NCBI GenBank assembly: GCA_951406725.2 | Contig: OX597814.1 | Span: 69,378,001 to 69,442,000, forward strand | From: Octopus vulgaris | Taxonomy: Eukaryota | Length of the DNA: 64,000 bases | Reading direction: 5' to 3' | In this document: piece by piece, positions 1-12,168 of the stretch | Layout: each line of letters starts with the position of its first letter | Position numbering within the stretch: position 1 is the stretch's first letter | Notes under the pieces: model-generated | Databases searched by the model: none | Told to the model about the DNA's origin: nothing | Seen by the model: the letters and a program-made list of their open reading frames with translations, nothing else | Program-made: the position numbers and the translations under genes

Positions 1-1878
1 CTCCTCTTTGAGATCCTGCCAGTGTTTGTCTATATGTTCCTCTGTGCTGCATGCTGTTTCTCCAATGTAAGTATTGTTTCTCTTGTTTCTATACCGTCCC
101 TCATTACACTGTAAGCTATACACTATATTCCTAACCATACAGTTAACTTGTGGGTTCATTCTACATACTATACAATTGTTCTGTGTACATAGGTACCTAT
201 TGAAGGGATAAGTTCTATCGATCAGGGATTTTATGGTTGCTCCAGGCCTTTCTATTACTTTAATCCATAGGTTAACCTTAAGTAATGCTTTTCTGAAAAG
301 GTATGCAAGTTTGCTGCCAGGGGTAGCATCAACTTTGACACTGGTATTTTTTGTTGTCATACCATGAGTTGGCCTCATCTATCTTTTTTCTCATCCTTTC
401 TGTGCTGTTCCAGGATTTACCCCTGTATAGCAGGCAGATCCCTTTTACATCACTCTCTATGATGGCCTTGTACTTAGCCCTAGCTCCTTTGCACACTCTA
501 ATCCTGTCCCTTTGGTTGTAACCAGAGAACTGCACGTGGCAGATGAAGTGTTTTATGTGTCTTTCCAATTATATTAGGTCGTACATGTGGAACACATTCC
601 TCATCACTCTCATCAAGTCTCCTATTAGAATATTGAACTTCGCATTGTCCTCAATGGCTGTGTTCTTGTGAACCAGGTATTTAGAGGCTATGGGTTTGGC
701 ATAATGGGAGTGAAGGATTTGGACCTAAATGTTCTTGGTTTCCAGCAAAACTGGTAACCTATAGTCCGGGTGCTTGTTAGGGTAGTCTATTGTTACTTTA
801 ATACTCTGGTGGATGGAGTCAGCTATTTGCTGGTTGATCTCCATAGTGTTAGCTTCTAAATCATCGACATTGTCTTATGGGGGTGCTTTGGCTACTATGA
901 TGATATCATTCACATACCAGGAGTACATGGCTAGGGTTATGGAATTTCTCTTTGAGTCTTCTAGGTTAGCCACATCACCAGCTGCACCTTCCACTTGGGT
1001 GTATATCTTGTTATTAAACTTAAATAAGTGGCCCTTAATGTTGTTATTAATAGTCTAGAAGTTGTTGGCTGTGTGCTTCTTTGCCCCTAGGATGTTTGAC
1101 CACATCATCATATGAGCATTGAGGATCTTCTCTTTCTCCTCATACTCCCATACCATTGTTTCCCTCATATCAGTAATGTGGGGTTGCATTGCCTGGATGT
1201 AGTTCAGCAGGCTGACATTTTACTGGACTTGTCCGTCGGGAAGCACACAACTTCCCTATTTTTTGTCAACTGTATGAGCTTGTGCAGGCCACTTGCAAAC
1301 TTCTTATCGAGCTCCTGTGCCTCTCTTCCACTCAGTCTACTAGTGCATTGTTCTAAAACCTAAGTTTAGTACTGGCTATGGTGAAGCATGCTTCTATTTC
1401 ATCATTTGTCTGTCTGTTGAGAGATGTAAACTCTTTTGTTGAAGGGTAGGGTTGTTGAATAAATATGACTCATATTGTATGGTTTATTACATGCATTGAA
1501 GAATAGGGTGTGAAAAGGGTTAGTGTCATTTATACCTGTTGTACTACTTTCTATCTTATCATTTCTCTGGTTATCATCTCTTTGGTTGTCTATTTTAATG
1601 CTGTTATTGGTGGTGGTGGTGGTAGTGGTGGTGGTGTTTCTATGTGTATTGTTGTTGCCAGAAATGTGTATTGTTGTTAGTGTATTGTGTTGTTTTGCAT
1701 GTTTTCATAGTTGTTTTCAATATTGTTGTTGTTGTTACCAGCCCCACTACTATTGTTATTCTTATAGCTATTGTCTCCCGTTCTGCTGACCCTCCCTTTG
1801 TCTTCATTTTCTTCACTGTGGCTGCAGCTATTCTGGCTCCTAAGTTTGGCATGCTTGTGTCTTTCTGTGTTTGTTCTT
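1..1878 (-). mobile_element. Degenerate Penelope-like element (RT C-terminus, linker, GIY-YIG start), runs off window
   Basis: Minus frames give FSGYNQRDR...LYRGKSW, ATPGSKLA...KVIERPG...RTYPF...NCIVCR...IVYSLQC...YIGET; same family as 48687-49570. The 5' limit is uncertain. Confidence 0.75.
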
Positions 1879-2679
1879 CTAAGTACAAGGCCATCATAGA
1901 GAGTGATGCAAAGGGAAACACACAAACAGAGAGATACAGGAATGGTATTAAAAGTCGGGGTCAAAGGCAGTAGCACTAGCAACGGGGGATGGGAGGGGGT
2001 GAGGGGAGGATCATAGTGCTACTAAGAACAACGATAGCAATGACAACAATATAAAGGGCATAAAAGCCCATATATACACATATAAGCACACATGCGAAAC
2101 AGACACATGTATGCACATGCATGCACACACATGTACACATACACATAAATACAGATGCAAAGATGTATATATAAGGATACACATCATAGAAGAACAGAAT
2201 GGAACTAAGTGGAGCAAGAGCACACATGAGGATGGAAAGTGTCACTGAAGAGGCCACAGATGTGTGACAAAAGATTTCCGGACAATGGACATGAGTTACA
2301 ATAAGAACAGTAAAAAAACCAGTGAACATCCTGAAATACAACAATATTTATATGGGTGTACACATGCATACACATTTCTATGAATATTTTATATTCATGT
2401 AAATGTTGATGTAATATCTATTATATAACTAACAAGATCATGAAACAGTTGTAAATGGATGGAATAAACATCTATTTCTCTGGAATTGGTGAAATTAATG
2501 TATACTTTGGATGAGAATCCAATAAGGTTCAAAAATCAATTTAGCCTGTTCATTTTTTTTTTCAATCTCCAGAGAAATAGCCAAATTTTCCCTATTATAT
2601 ATCTACTATATAGGTTACAGAGACATGCACGTGACAAAAAATACAAAATGTCAGAGTATGGCTAGGAGATAACAGTTTA

Positions 2680-3435
2680 CTCAAAGTGGCTGCCCTCAAC
2701 TTCTACCATGGCCTGAAGACAGCTCTGGGATCTGGAGCAGGTGTTCCTCACTGTGTCCCTGGGAAGATCTTCAAACACCTCCTTAATCTTGGCCACCAGC
2801 TCAACTATAGGTAGAGTGGTTGGTGTCTTTCTCAACTATGCCCCACACTTAGTAATCCATGGGATGACAATCAGGAAAATTAGGAAGCCAGAAATTGGGG
2901 CTGTGGTAGAAATTCTCTGACAACCATTTCTGATTCTTTCTGGAGTTATGGCAAGGTGCCAAATCCTGCTGCCATACATATGGCCTTCCAGCAGTAACCA
3001 TCTCCAGCTAGTGTTTGATCACAGTTTTCAGCAGCTTTACCTCACCATCTGAATTGGGCCTAAGACCCTGTTGAAGGATTTGGGGCTAAATTCTGGTGTG
3101 CAGAGGCAGTCAGAACATCTGCTGTGTCTTTTTCTCCTGGCCACTGCCTCATACTCTCCACTGCAGCTGTCCATGTCACATCTTACAGCTTTTACAGTGT
3201 TCACAGAGTATTGAACAGCAGTCATGGTTTGGCATTTTTATATCTGGCACTTATCATCACAATACAGGTAACTGTTTTCCAATATTTAGATGGTCTCCAG
3301 TCTTCCATGTTAGCTAACTTTTCCTCAACTACAACTTTATGCTCTTCGATGTCACTGATTGTTCACCAATATAATAAGATGTTCCTGAAAAAGGGAGACA
3401 TATAAAATTATCAAATATAGCCTGAACACCCTGTA
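2680..3435 (-). mobile_element. Tc1/mariner transposase relic
   Basis: NFWLPNFPDCHPMDY*VWG matches the WPPNSPDLNPLDY motif; TIR-like TACAGGGTGTTCAGG at 3435-3421. Confidence 0.7.
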
Positions 3436-3689
3436 TATACATACATATATATGTGCGTGCATGTGTGTGTGTGTGTGTATCTATATATATTCATACACAC
3501 ACATACATATATGTACATATATACATAAGCATATATATATATATATCTTGTGACTATAGAGAGTCATTATGCCAATGACCCTTGCAAGACTCAACATCTG
3601 TTTCAACACATGAATTTACATCAAGAATCTAGCAAACTAAATACAAAAACATAAAAAATACAAAAATATACAAGTCCTGTGCTCTGTTA

Positions 3690-4870
3690 TCTGGTGGTCT
3701 CAAATGAAGTTAGGAGTAGTGGAGTGGTTTGTTAGCACTGTACAAGACTTATACAGTGGTGCTCACAGGAAGGTGAGAGTCAGCCATGAATATAGTGATG
3801 AATTTAGCATATGAGTAGGGGTTCACCAGAGTTCAGTTCTCAGCCCACTCTTATTCCTCATAGCCCTCCAGGCCATAACAGAGGAATTCAAAACTGAATG
3901 CCAGTGGGAACTGCTATATGTTGATGACCTTGCTCTTATTGCAAAATCTGTAGCAGAATTAAAGAAGAAATTCCAGGCGTGGAAGCAAAACCTGGAATCA
4001 ATGGGCCTTAAATTTGACCTAGCATAGACCAAAGTTGTTGTTCGCAAGAAAGCAGATAAAACTCTCCTTCTGTTGGGTAAATGATCTGCTCAATATGTAG
4101 GAAAGCAGATGGAAGTAATTCCATTTGCTACACCCAATATAAGCTACAGACACATAAGCGGTGCAATGGAATCACAGGAAGATTAAAAGATAAAGTTGTC
4201 TTCATATGTAGCAGATGTGCAGGAACAATAAGCACTAAGGGCAAACAGGACTTAGGCTCTCTCAAATGCCCAAGAGGCTCTCTTAATATAGTAGATAGTT
4301 TCTGTTACCTAGGTGACCAAATTAGCAAAGGTGGATGATACTCTGAAAGTTTTTGTTTCCAGAATAAGAATAGGATGGAGGAAATTCAGAGAACTATTAC
4401 CTCTGTTGCCAACAAAAGGACTCTCTCAGAGTGAAAGATAGATTATATGATGCTTGTATGCAAATGGCTATACTCTATGGTAGTGAGACATGGGCTTTGA
4501 ATACAGAAGATATGTGTAGACTAAAGAGAAATGAAGGCAGTATGCACCATTGGATGTGCAACATTAGTGTGCATGTACAACAAAGTGTAAATGTGTTGAG
4601 AGAAAAGTGGGGCATAAGAGAAATCAAATGTAACACGCAAGAGAGAAGACTATGTTGGTTTAGACATGTAATGTGTAAGAATGAAGACAGCTGTATAAAG
4701 AAGTGCTAATCACTGAAAGTGGATGATGTCAGTGGAAGAAGGAGACCCAGGAAGAGATGGGATGAAGTTGTAAGGACTTATCTCAGGATGTTAGACCTGA
4801 CAAATGAAATGACAATGGATCAAGATGTCTGGTAATATGAGGTACTTGAGAAGATCTGCTCATGTCAGTG
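3690..4870 (+). mobile_element. RTE-clade LINE fragment (RT C-half, degenerate)
   Basis: SVLSPLLF, LLYVDDLAL, Cys-rich insert, VDSFCYLGD, LYGSETW, RRLCWF motifs; homologous to 8085-10920. Confidence 0.88.
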
Positions 4871-5883
4871 AAACTGAGTTCTAGAAGTGCTGTGTGTTCA
4901 ACACCACATGTAACAATAAAACTTTCCACACACCCTAGCCCAACAAACCAAACTACATCTCTTCTCTTCCTCCCATTTCCTCTTTCATTTACTAGGCTTA
5001 TCTCTCACTCCCTAATTCCATCCTCACAACCCTGCTCACAGTATCATTGCTATCCTGTAGTCCCCCAACCCCTCTATATACCCAGGTTTCCATCAGTCAC
5101 TGCATTACTCTTGGCCCTCTTGCTTTTTTGGCAATTACATGCCACTTATATTATGACCTCCATACCTTGAGGGTACACCCTAGCACTTCCTGCCATCTCT
5201 CTCTCTCTCTCTTCCTTTACTCTAGCATCCCATTTATATTCTGACCCCCATTCCTTGTGAGTATGCCCTGACACTTCACCACCATCACTCTCCTGCTTTT
5301 TATTGAACTCTTGCTGTCTCCCACTCTCTTTCTCTTCCCTCAGGCTGGATAGCTATGTATCTCCTTTACAGCAGCACACCTGTTTCTGTTCCCATTATAG
5401 ATCATGCTCTCCCTCTCTCTCTCTCTCTCTTTGGATGGGTGACCATGCAACTCCTCTACAGCAAGACAGCTGTCTGCCTCTGTCATACTTGGACCTTTCA
5501 TCAGCTGGCATAAGATCACTGCCTCTAATGTCCCCTCTCCTCTCAAAGAATCTTTATCTTGCAAGTGCTTATGCCATGTAAAAAGCACTTAGTCCACTGC
5601 TGGGTGGTTAGTGTTAGGAAGGGGATCTGACAGCAAAAAATCTTGCCATAACAGACACAGAAGTCTGGTGCAGGCTCCTGCTTGGCCAGCTCCTGACAAA
5701 CTGTCCAACTCATGCCAGCATAGAAGGCAGACTTTTGTCTCTCCCTGTTTATTTCTGTGTTCCTTTCTGTTGAAGAGTGTAGGCTCAAAACATAAAAGAC
5801 TTTCTCACTTCCTGAGTGTTAAACTAATACATCTGTTTGTTGTTTACACACCCGTCCTCGTCTTTTGTTTTTTTTGTAAATCC

Positions 5884-5918
<35 letters not shown>

Positions 5919-5921
<3 letters not shown>

Positions 5922-6316
5922 CACAGGTGTGGCTGTGCGATAAGAAGCTTGCTTTCCAACAACATGGTTCCAGATTCAGTCTCACAGCATAGCACCTTGA
6001 GCAAGTTTCTTCTACTATAGCCTTGGGTTAATCAAAGCTTTGTAAGTGGATTTGATAGGCAGAAATTGAAAGAAGCCTGTCATATATATATCTATATATG
6101 TGTGTCTTTATGTCTGTTTGTCCCCCACCAATGCTTGACAACTGGTGTTGGTGTATTTGCATCCCTGTACCTTAGCAATTTGGAAAAAAAAAACTGATAG
6201 AATAAGTACCAGGCTTAAAAAATAAGTCCTTGGGTCAATTTGCTTGACTAAAACCCTCATGGCAGTGCCCCAGCATGGCCACTGTCAACTGACTGAAACA
6301 AGTAAAAAGTAAAAAA
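5919..6316 (+). mobile_element. tRNA-derived CORE-like SINE (octopus OR2-like)
   Basis: A-box/B-box-like head, CCTTGAGCAAG core-like motif, tail GACTGAAACAAGTAAAA; homologous to 53246-53655. Confidence 0.8.
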
Positions 6317-6337
6317 TAAAACATATATACACACATA

Positions 6338-6860
6338 TAGAAGGGGCGTTCTTTAAAGATTTTCCCTGACCTACTTCTGGTTATTGCAGGAAATGGAACC
6401 TGTACAAGTATAATCATACATGTCTCTACATGTCATATTGTAAATTGCAGCTTTCCATTAGTATTCATTTGTCTTTTACAACTGTTGAAGTGAACTAAGG
6501 TGTTATAATGGAGGTAGTTGAATGCAGATCAGTGATCAGGTTCTTATACATGAAAGGTCATACACCAAAAGAGAGTTTTGATAAGATAAATGGTGACAAT
6601 ACAACATACGACACAGTCAAGCACGGGCATCACCTGTTCAATTGTGGTTGGACATCGATGGAAACTGCTCCTATTCCTGGACGACCACATTCTGTCCTTG
6701 ATGACGGCACTATCCATAAAGTGGAAGCTGCCATTTTGGAGGATCGCTGCATAAATATTTGGCAACTAGCCCAAGAGGTAAAGATAAGTGTAGGGTCCAT
6801 GGAAAAAAATCATTCATAACCATTTGCACATGCAGAAGTTGTCTGCACGATGGATTCCTT
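6338..6860 (+). mobile_element. Mariner 5' fragment (TIR plus HTH region)
   Basis: ORF 6508-6819 RSVIRFL...PGRP...EDR...; degenerate WIP motif after it; TIR-like TAGAAGGGGCGTTC. Confidence 0.8.
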
Positions 6861-7083
6861 GGAGTGTAACAGAGAAATAGAGAGGTTTATAAGTAGAGTA
6901 GCATGGAAAGATACACATTCATGTGAGTGAAAAATAGCTCTTCTTTGTGTATCAGCTACCAGACACTATTGTACAGCTGGACTTCTTTTACTGGATATAC
7001 ATGTAGAAATCCACAAGTATGCATAGAGTAAATGCAAAAGAATTTTAATATGAGAAGATGGAATGAACAGGCTTCATTACAAA

Positions 7084-7186
7084 TCATTACAATTATTTCA
7101 CCACATCATTATCAGCTGGTAACTGCTGAATGCTATGGCATTAATATGATTCAACAATAGCTATATGGATGTGAGTCTTCAGATAA
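7084..7186 (-). ncRNA. Degenerate type I hammerhead ribozyme-like motif with long stem II
   Basis: CTGAAGA (7182-7176), CACATC/GATGTG stem II, GAAA (7099-7096), near-palindromic ATAATTGT, GUA site, TTAT/ATGA stem I; lies downstream of a PLE-like IQPKLSL* end near 7520. Confidence 0.45.
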
Positions 7187-7691
7187 GTAGGGTCCAAAAC
7201 ACTGCTAGATCATCAAAGTTTCTCTTTGTTTTATACTTAAACTCTGTTATTTCTAACATTCCAGTGAAAAAGAACACAGAAAAATTAATATAAACAGATG
7301 AGAAAAAATACCAATGACAAATTCTATATTTAACCACAGATTTCTCTTGACTTTTTGAAAAATATGATAAATAAACATTCTAAAATAACTATGTCATAAA
7401 ATGATAAACTTTAACAATTACTTGTCTCTTGTGTATGTTACTATCCCACTTCAAAGTAAATCTATGATGTGATCACTTCCTTAGCAGAGCAAGAAACCAA
7501 AACCTGTCAACTTACAAACTTAATTTTGGCTGTATAGTATTACTGTCACAAGTTTTATCCTAGTTGCTTTTACAAGTCATTAAGATAGGCAATTAAACTA
7601 ACAAAAATTACTTTCACACACTCTTATACATACATATACATTTATTCAAAACTAATGTATATACATTTGTATATGCATACATATCTATAGA

Positions 7692-7739
<48 letters not shown>

Positions 7740-7925
7740 AAGGTGGCTATATGCAATATAAAACCAAAAAGGTAAAATTGAATTGTCACTAACTGTGACC
7801 GACAGTGCAGGGTAGCAACTACATTGCTACAAATAAGGATCAAAGACCCTTACAGCCACAAAAAAAGCACACGTCTATGCACTGACAGGGGAGATAACCA
7901 CCCCCACTGTGAGCAAAATCATCAT

Positions 7926-7971
7926 GGTAGTCTAGTTTCACTTAAAATTAAAGCTCATCAGTGGTGACTAC
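7926..7971 (-). ncRNA. Degenerate hammerhead core in a (TA)n-flanked segment
   Basis: CTGATGA-GCTT-taatttt-AAGT-GAAA-CTAGAC; stem I is not canonical. Confidence 0.4.
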
Positions 7972-8084
7972 TCCATTGCTGGATGGTTTGGATAAATCCA
8001 ACAGTCAGTATATAGTATTTACCATATGAATTAATGGATGAATCAATGGATCAAAGGATATATATATATATATATATATATATA

Positions 8085-10920
8085 TCATCATCATCATCAT
8101 CATCATCATTTAGCGTCCGCTTTCCATGCTAGCATGGGTTGGACGGTTCAACTGGGGTCTGGGAAGCCAGAAGGCTGCACCAGGCCCAGTCTGATCTGGC
8201 AGTGTTTCTACGGCTGGATGCCCTTCCTAACGCCAACCACTCCGTGAGTGTAGTGGGTGCTTTTTACGTGCAACCCGCACAGGTGTCAGACAGGGCTGGC
8301 AAACGGCCACAGACGGATGGTGCTTTTTAGGTGCCACCGGCAAAGGGGGCCAGGTGAGGCTGGCAATGGCCATGATCGGATGGTGCTTTTTACGTGCCAC
8401 TGGCACGGAGGCCAGTCGGGGCGTAGCTGGCAACGGCCACGGTCGAGTGGTGCTTTTTACGTGTCACCGGCATGGAGGCCAGTCGAGGTGGCCCTGGCAA
8501 CGGCCACGATCGGATGGTTCGCTTACGTGTCACTAGCATTGGTATCACAGCTGCAACTTCCATTGATGTTGATCGACTTTGATTTTGGTTCTGATTTCTG
8601 ATATCTGATTTGATTTGATTTCCACTTGCCTCAACGGGTCTTCACAAGTAGAGGTTTGTGACCCAAGAAGGAAAGGTATGTATAAGTCGACTGGCTACAT
8701 CCCAGGTAGAGGCCACTGGTTATGGTCTCACTAGTCCTGCCGGCTCTTCTCACGCACACCATACTTCCATAGGTCTCGGTCTCTAGTCATTTCCTTGGTG
8801 AGACCCAAAGTTCGAAGGTCGTGCTTCACCACCTCGTCCCAGGTTTTCCTGGGTCTACCTCTTCCACAGATTCCCTCAACCGCTACGGTGTGGCACTTTT
8901 GCACACAACTATCTTCAGCCATTCTCGTCACATGACCATACCAGAGCAAACGTCTCCCTTGCACACCACAACTGATGCTTCTTAGGTCCAACTTTTCTCT
9001 CAAGGTACTTACACTCTGTCGAGCATGAAGACTGACATTACACATCCATCGGAGCATACTGGCTTCAATTCTTGCGAGCTTACGCATGTCCTCAGCAGTC
9101 ACAGCCCATGTTTCCCTACCATGTAGCATGGCTGTCGTACACATGCATCATACAGTCTGCCTTTTACTCTGTGCGAGAGGCCCTTTGTCAACAGCAGGGG
9201 TAAGAGCTCTCTGAACTTTGCCCAGGCTATTCTTACTCTAGCAGTTACACTTTCAGCACACCCACCCCCGCTACTGACTTGGTCATCTAGGTAATGGAAG
9301 CTATCAACTACTTCTAGTTTTTCTCCCTGGAATGTGGTAGAAGTTGGTCTCTGCACATTTTCAGTGTTTATTGCTCCTGAGCATCTGTCACATACAAAAA
9401 CTATTTTTCTAGTTAGCCTTCCTCTGACATTGCTGCACCTCTTATGTGTCCATAGCTTACACTTGGTGCATCTTATAGAGTTTCTACCTACACCTTTTCT
9501 ACAGATCAAGCAGGACCATCTACCTGAAGGCATTTGTGATTAGTCTACCTTCCTACTTATTAGGACTTTGGTTTTGGCTAGGTTGATTCTAAGGCCCTTC
9601 TAATCCTTGCTTCCACACCTGAAACTTTTCCTCCAGTTCTGATAGTGACTCAGCAATTAGAGCAAGGTCATCAGCATAGAGGAGCTCCCAGGGGCATCCT
9701 GTCTTGAATTCCTCCGTTATTGCCTGGAGGACTATGATAAATAGGAGGGGGCTGAGGACTGAGCCTTGGTGGACCCCTACCTCTACACGGAATTCTTCAC
9801 TCTACTCGTTGCCAACCCTCACCTTACTAGCAGCGTCTCTGTACATGGCTCGCACAGCTCTCACTAACCATTCATCTATCCCTAGTTTCCTCATTGACCA
9901 CCAGATAAGGAATCAGGGGACCCTGTCAAAGGCTTTCTCCATGTCAACAAAAGCCAGGTAAAGGGGCTTATCTTTGGCTAGGTATTTCTCCTGCAGCTGT
10001 CTTACCAGGAATATAGCATCAGTAGTACTTTTCCCTGGCACGAGCCCAAAGTGCATCTCATCTAAGCTAACTCTCTCTCTAATTAGTTGGGCTATAACCC
10101 TCTCCGTAACCTTCATTACCTGATCCAGCAGCTTGATACCCCTGTAGTTATTTGTATCTAGGGCGTCACCTTTACCTTTGTAGCAGTTGACTATTATGCT
10201 GCTACACCAGTCATTGGGAATGACTCCTTCGTGTATCACCTGATTAACTATACGGGTGACTATGCTATAGCCGACACTACCAGATATTTTGAGCATCTCT
10301 GCAGTGATTGCTGATGGACCTGGGGCTTTCCCTGTCTTCATGCTTGTAATTGCCTTAACTACTAAGGAACTGTCAACTCGGATAGCTGGTCCCTCTGTTG
10401 CGTCGACATTCGGCAGACTCTCTTTATCCCATTCATTTTCTTTATTCAGCAACCTTTCATAGTGGCGTCTCCAAACCTCTCTCTTTGCATCCTCATTTAG
10501 CGCAAGTGAACCATCATCCTTGCGAACACATTTCTCTCCTACCACATCACGATTCTCTCTCACACACTGTCTTGCAACACGAAATACCTCAAGTCTTTCA
10601 TCCTCACGGCGCAGAACATTGGCAAATTTTTTCTTATCTGCTTCCCTTATGGCTAAATACACCTGCCTCCTAGCTTCCCTTGTGGCAGTCTGATACACTT
10701 CCCTGCTACCACCGTTCTTCCAGTCCTTCCAAGCCTGTTTCTTTTGTCTAATAGCCCTGTCAACAATATTGTTCCACCACCACGTTATTTTGGGCCTAGA
10801 GGGGACTTTGCACCAACCACAGATCTGGTCAGTGGCTCTCAGCAGGTTGTCCCTTAGAGACCTCCAGTTGTCTTCTACCCCATGTGAAGCTATACCCCCT
10901 TCTATTTCGTCAAAGGCTTC
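8085..10920 (-). mobile_element. RTE-clade LINE, 5'-truncated, relatively young, (TGA)n tail
   Basis: KAPGPS, NYRGIKLL, STTDAIF, FVDMEKAFDRVP, GVHQGSVLSPLLF, LLYADD, RGRPRKTW; a few stops and frameshifts; 3' UTR tandem repeats. Confidence 0.95.
8256..8530. repeat. Tandem 63-67 bp repeat in RTE 3' UTR
   Basis: GGTGCTTTTTACGTG-type unit starts at 8256, 8319, 8382, 8449, 8516. Confidence 0.85.
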
Positions 10921-11157
10921 ATATTAATACACAACTATAAGAGAGAATCCACTATGTGGACGCTCTTACGCTAGATATAGATCCGCAAAGGGACTCCACC
11001 ACTAAGAATTGTTCTCAAGAAATAATTCAACACACCAAGAACGATGAAACAGTTGTATGGGGTTAATCTATATTTTCGTAATTTTTCATTTGTCTTGCTC
11101 GCTTACGTTCTTGGTGTGTTGACTTTAATTTTATATTTTTATTTATATATATATATA

Positions 11158-11355
11158 TGGAGCAGAAACATCAGATGCGCAAAGACAGAGCCGCCTGCAC
11201 CAGTAGCACGGCCCCTACCCACTTCTGCCCCACCTGTGGGAGGGGCTTCCTTGCCCGGATTGGCCTCACCAGCCACCTCCGGTCTCATGGCGGAAATTCC
11301 ATCAGATGATGTCAGTTGGTCATCTTCGAACCGAAGGACGAACATAATAATAATA
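11158..11355 (+). mobile_element. RTE-BovB-like LINE extreme 3' end between (TA)n tracts
   Basis: CPTCGRGFLARIGLTSHLRSH C2H2 terminus, short 3' UTR hairpin CTTCG...CGAAG, (TAA)n tail. Confidence 0.8.
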
Positions 11356-11376
11356 TATATATATATATATATATGT

Positions 11377-11685
11377 GGAGGCGCAATGTCCTAGTGGTTA
11401 GAGCAGTGGACTCGCGGTCATAGGATCACGGTTTCGATCCCCAGACTGAGCGTTGTGAGTGCTTATTGAGCAAAAACACCTAAAGCTCCACGAAGCTCCG
11501 GCAGGGGGGTGGGGGTGCTGATCCCTGCTGTACTCTTTCGCCACAACTTTCTCTCACTCTTTCTTCTGTCGGCCTGCTCGCTTAGCCAGCGGGGTGGCAT
11601 CATTTGAAGGCTAAAACAATGTGAAGCGCATTGTGACCAACGATGTGTAACAACATCTGATAGCCTGGTCGGTCACAGTCAAATT
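11377..11685 (+). mobile_element. tRNA-derived SINE (second family)
   Basis: Head TGTCCTAGTGGTTAGAGC...GGTTTCGATCCC (A and B boxes) followed by ~230 bp non-tRNA body. Confidence 0.75.
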
Positions 11686-11834
11686 ACTTAGAATTTGTTG
11701 GAGTTCTGATTTCCCCAGTTTCTTTTTTAAACAGCTATTCACAACAATGTGTATGTGTGTGTGTGTGTGTGGATGCACATGCATGCATCTGAATGTATGG
11801 GTAAATTTGCATTTACACAATTGCATATATTCTT

Positions 11835-12168
11835 TCTTTTCATTCTTTCACTTGTTTCAGTCATTTCACTGCAGCCAAGCTGTCTTGAAGGGTTTTAATT
11901 GAACAGGTCTTACTTTTTTTAAAACCTAGTACTTATTCTACTGAACTTTTTTTCTGAACTGCTAAGTCATGGGGACATAAACTCACCAACACAAGTTGTC
12001 AAGTGGTGATGGGGAGACAAACACAGACAAGAAGACACACACACAAGGCTTTGGTCAGCCCAAGGTTATAGTAGAAGACACTCACCCAAGGTGCCATGCA
12101 GTGGGACTAAACCCAGAACCATGTCGTAGGGAAGCAAGCTTCTTACGACACAGCCATGCCTGCACCTA
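11835..12168 (-). mobile_element. CORE-like SINE copy with internal deletion
   Basis: Reverse complement matches head and tail of 53246-53655. Confidence 0.75.

Noticed and set aside
8256-8530. CRISPR-like periodic repeat
   Set aside because: The intervening parts are themselves similar, it sits in a LINE 3' UTR, recurs at 26760-27015, and there are no cas genes in this eukaryotic context.
11377-11450. tRNA gene
   Set aside because: No clean cloverleaf; the head runs into a SINE body. Same for heads at 5919, 43040 and 53246.
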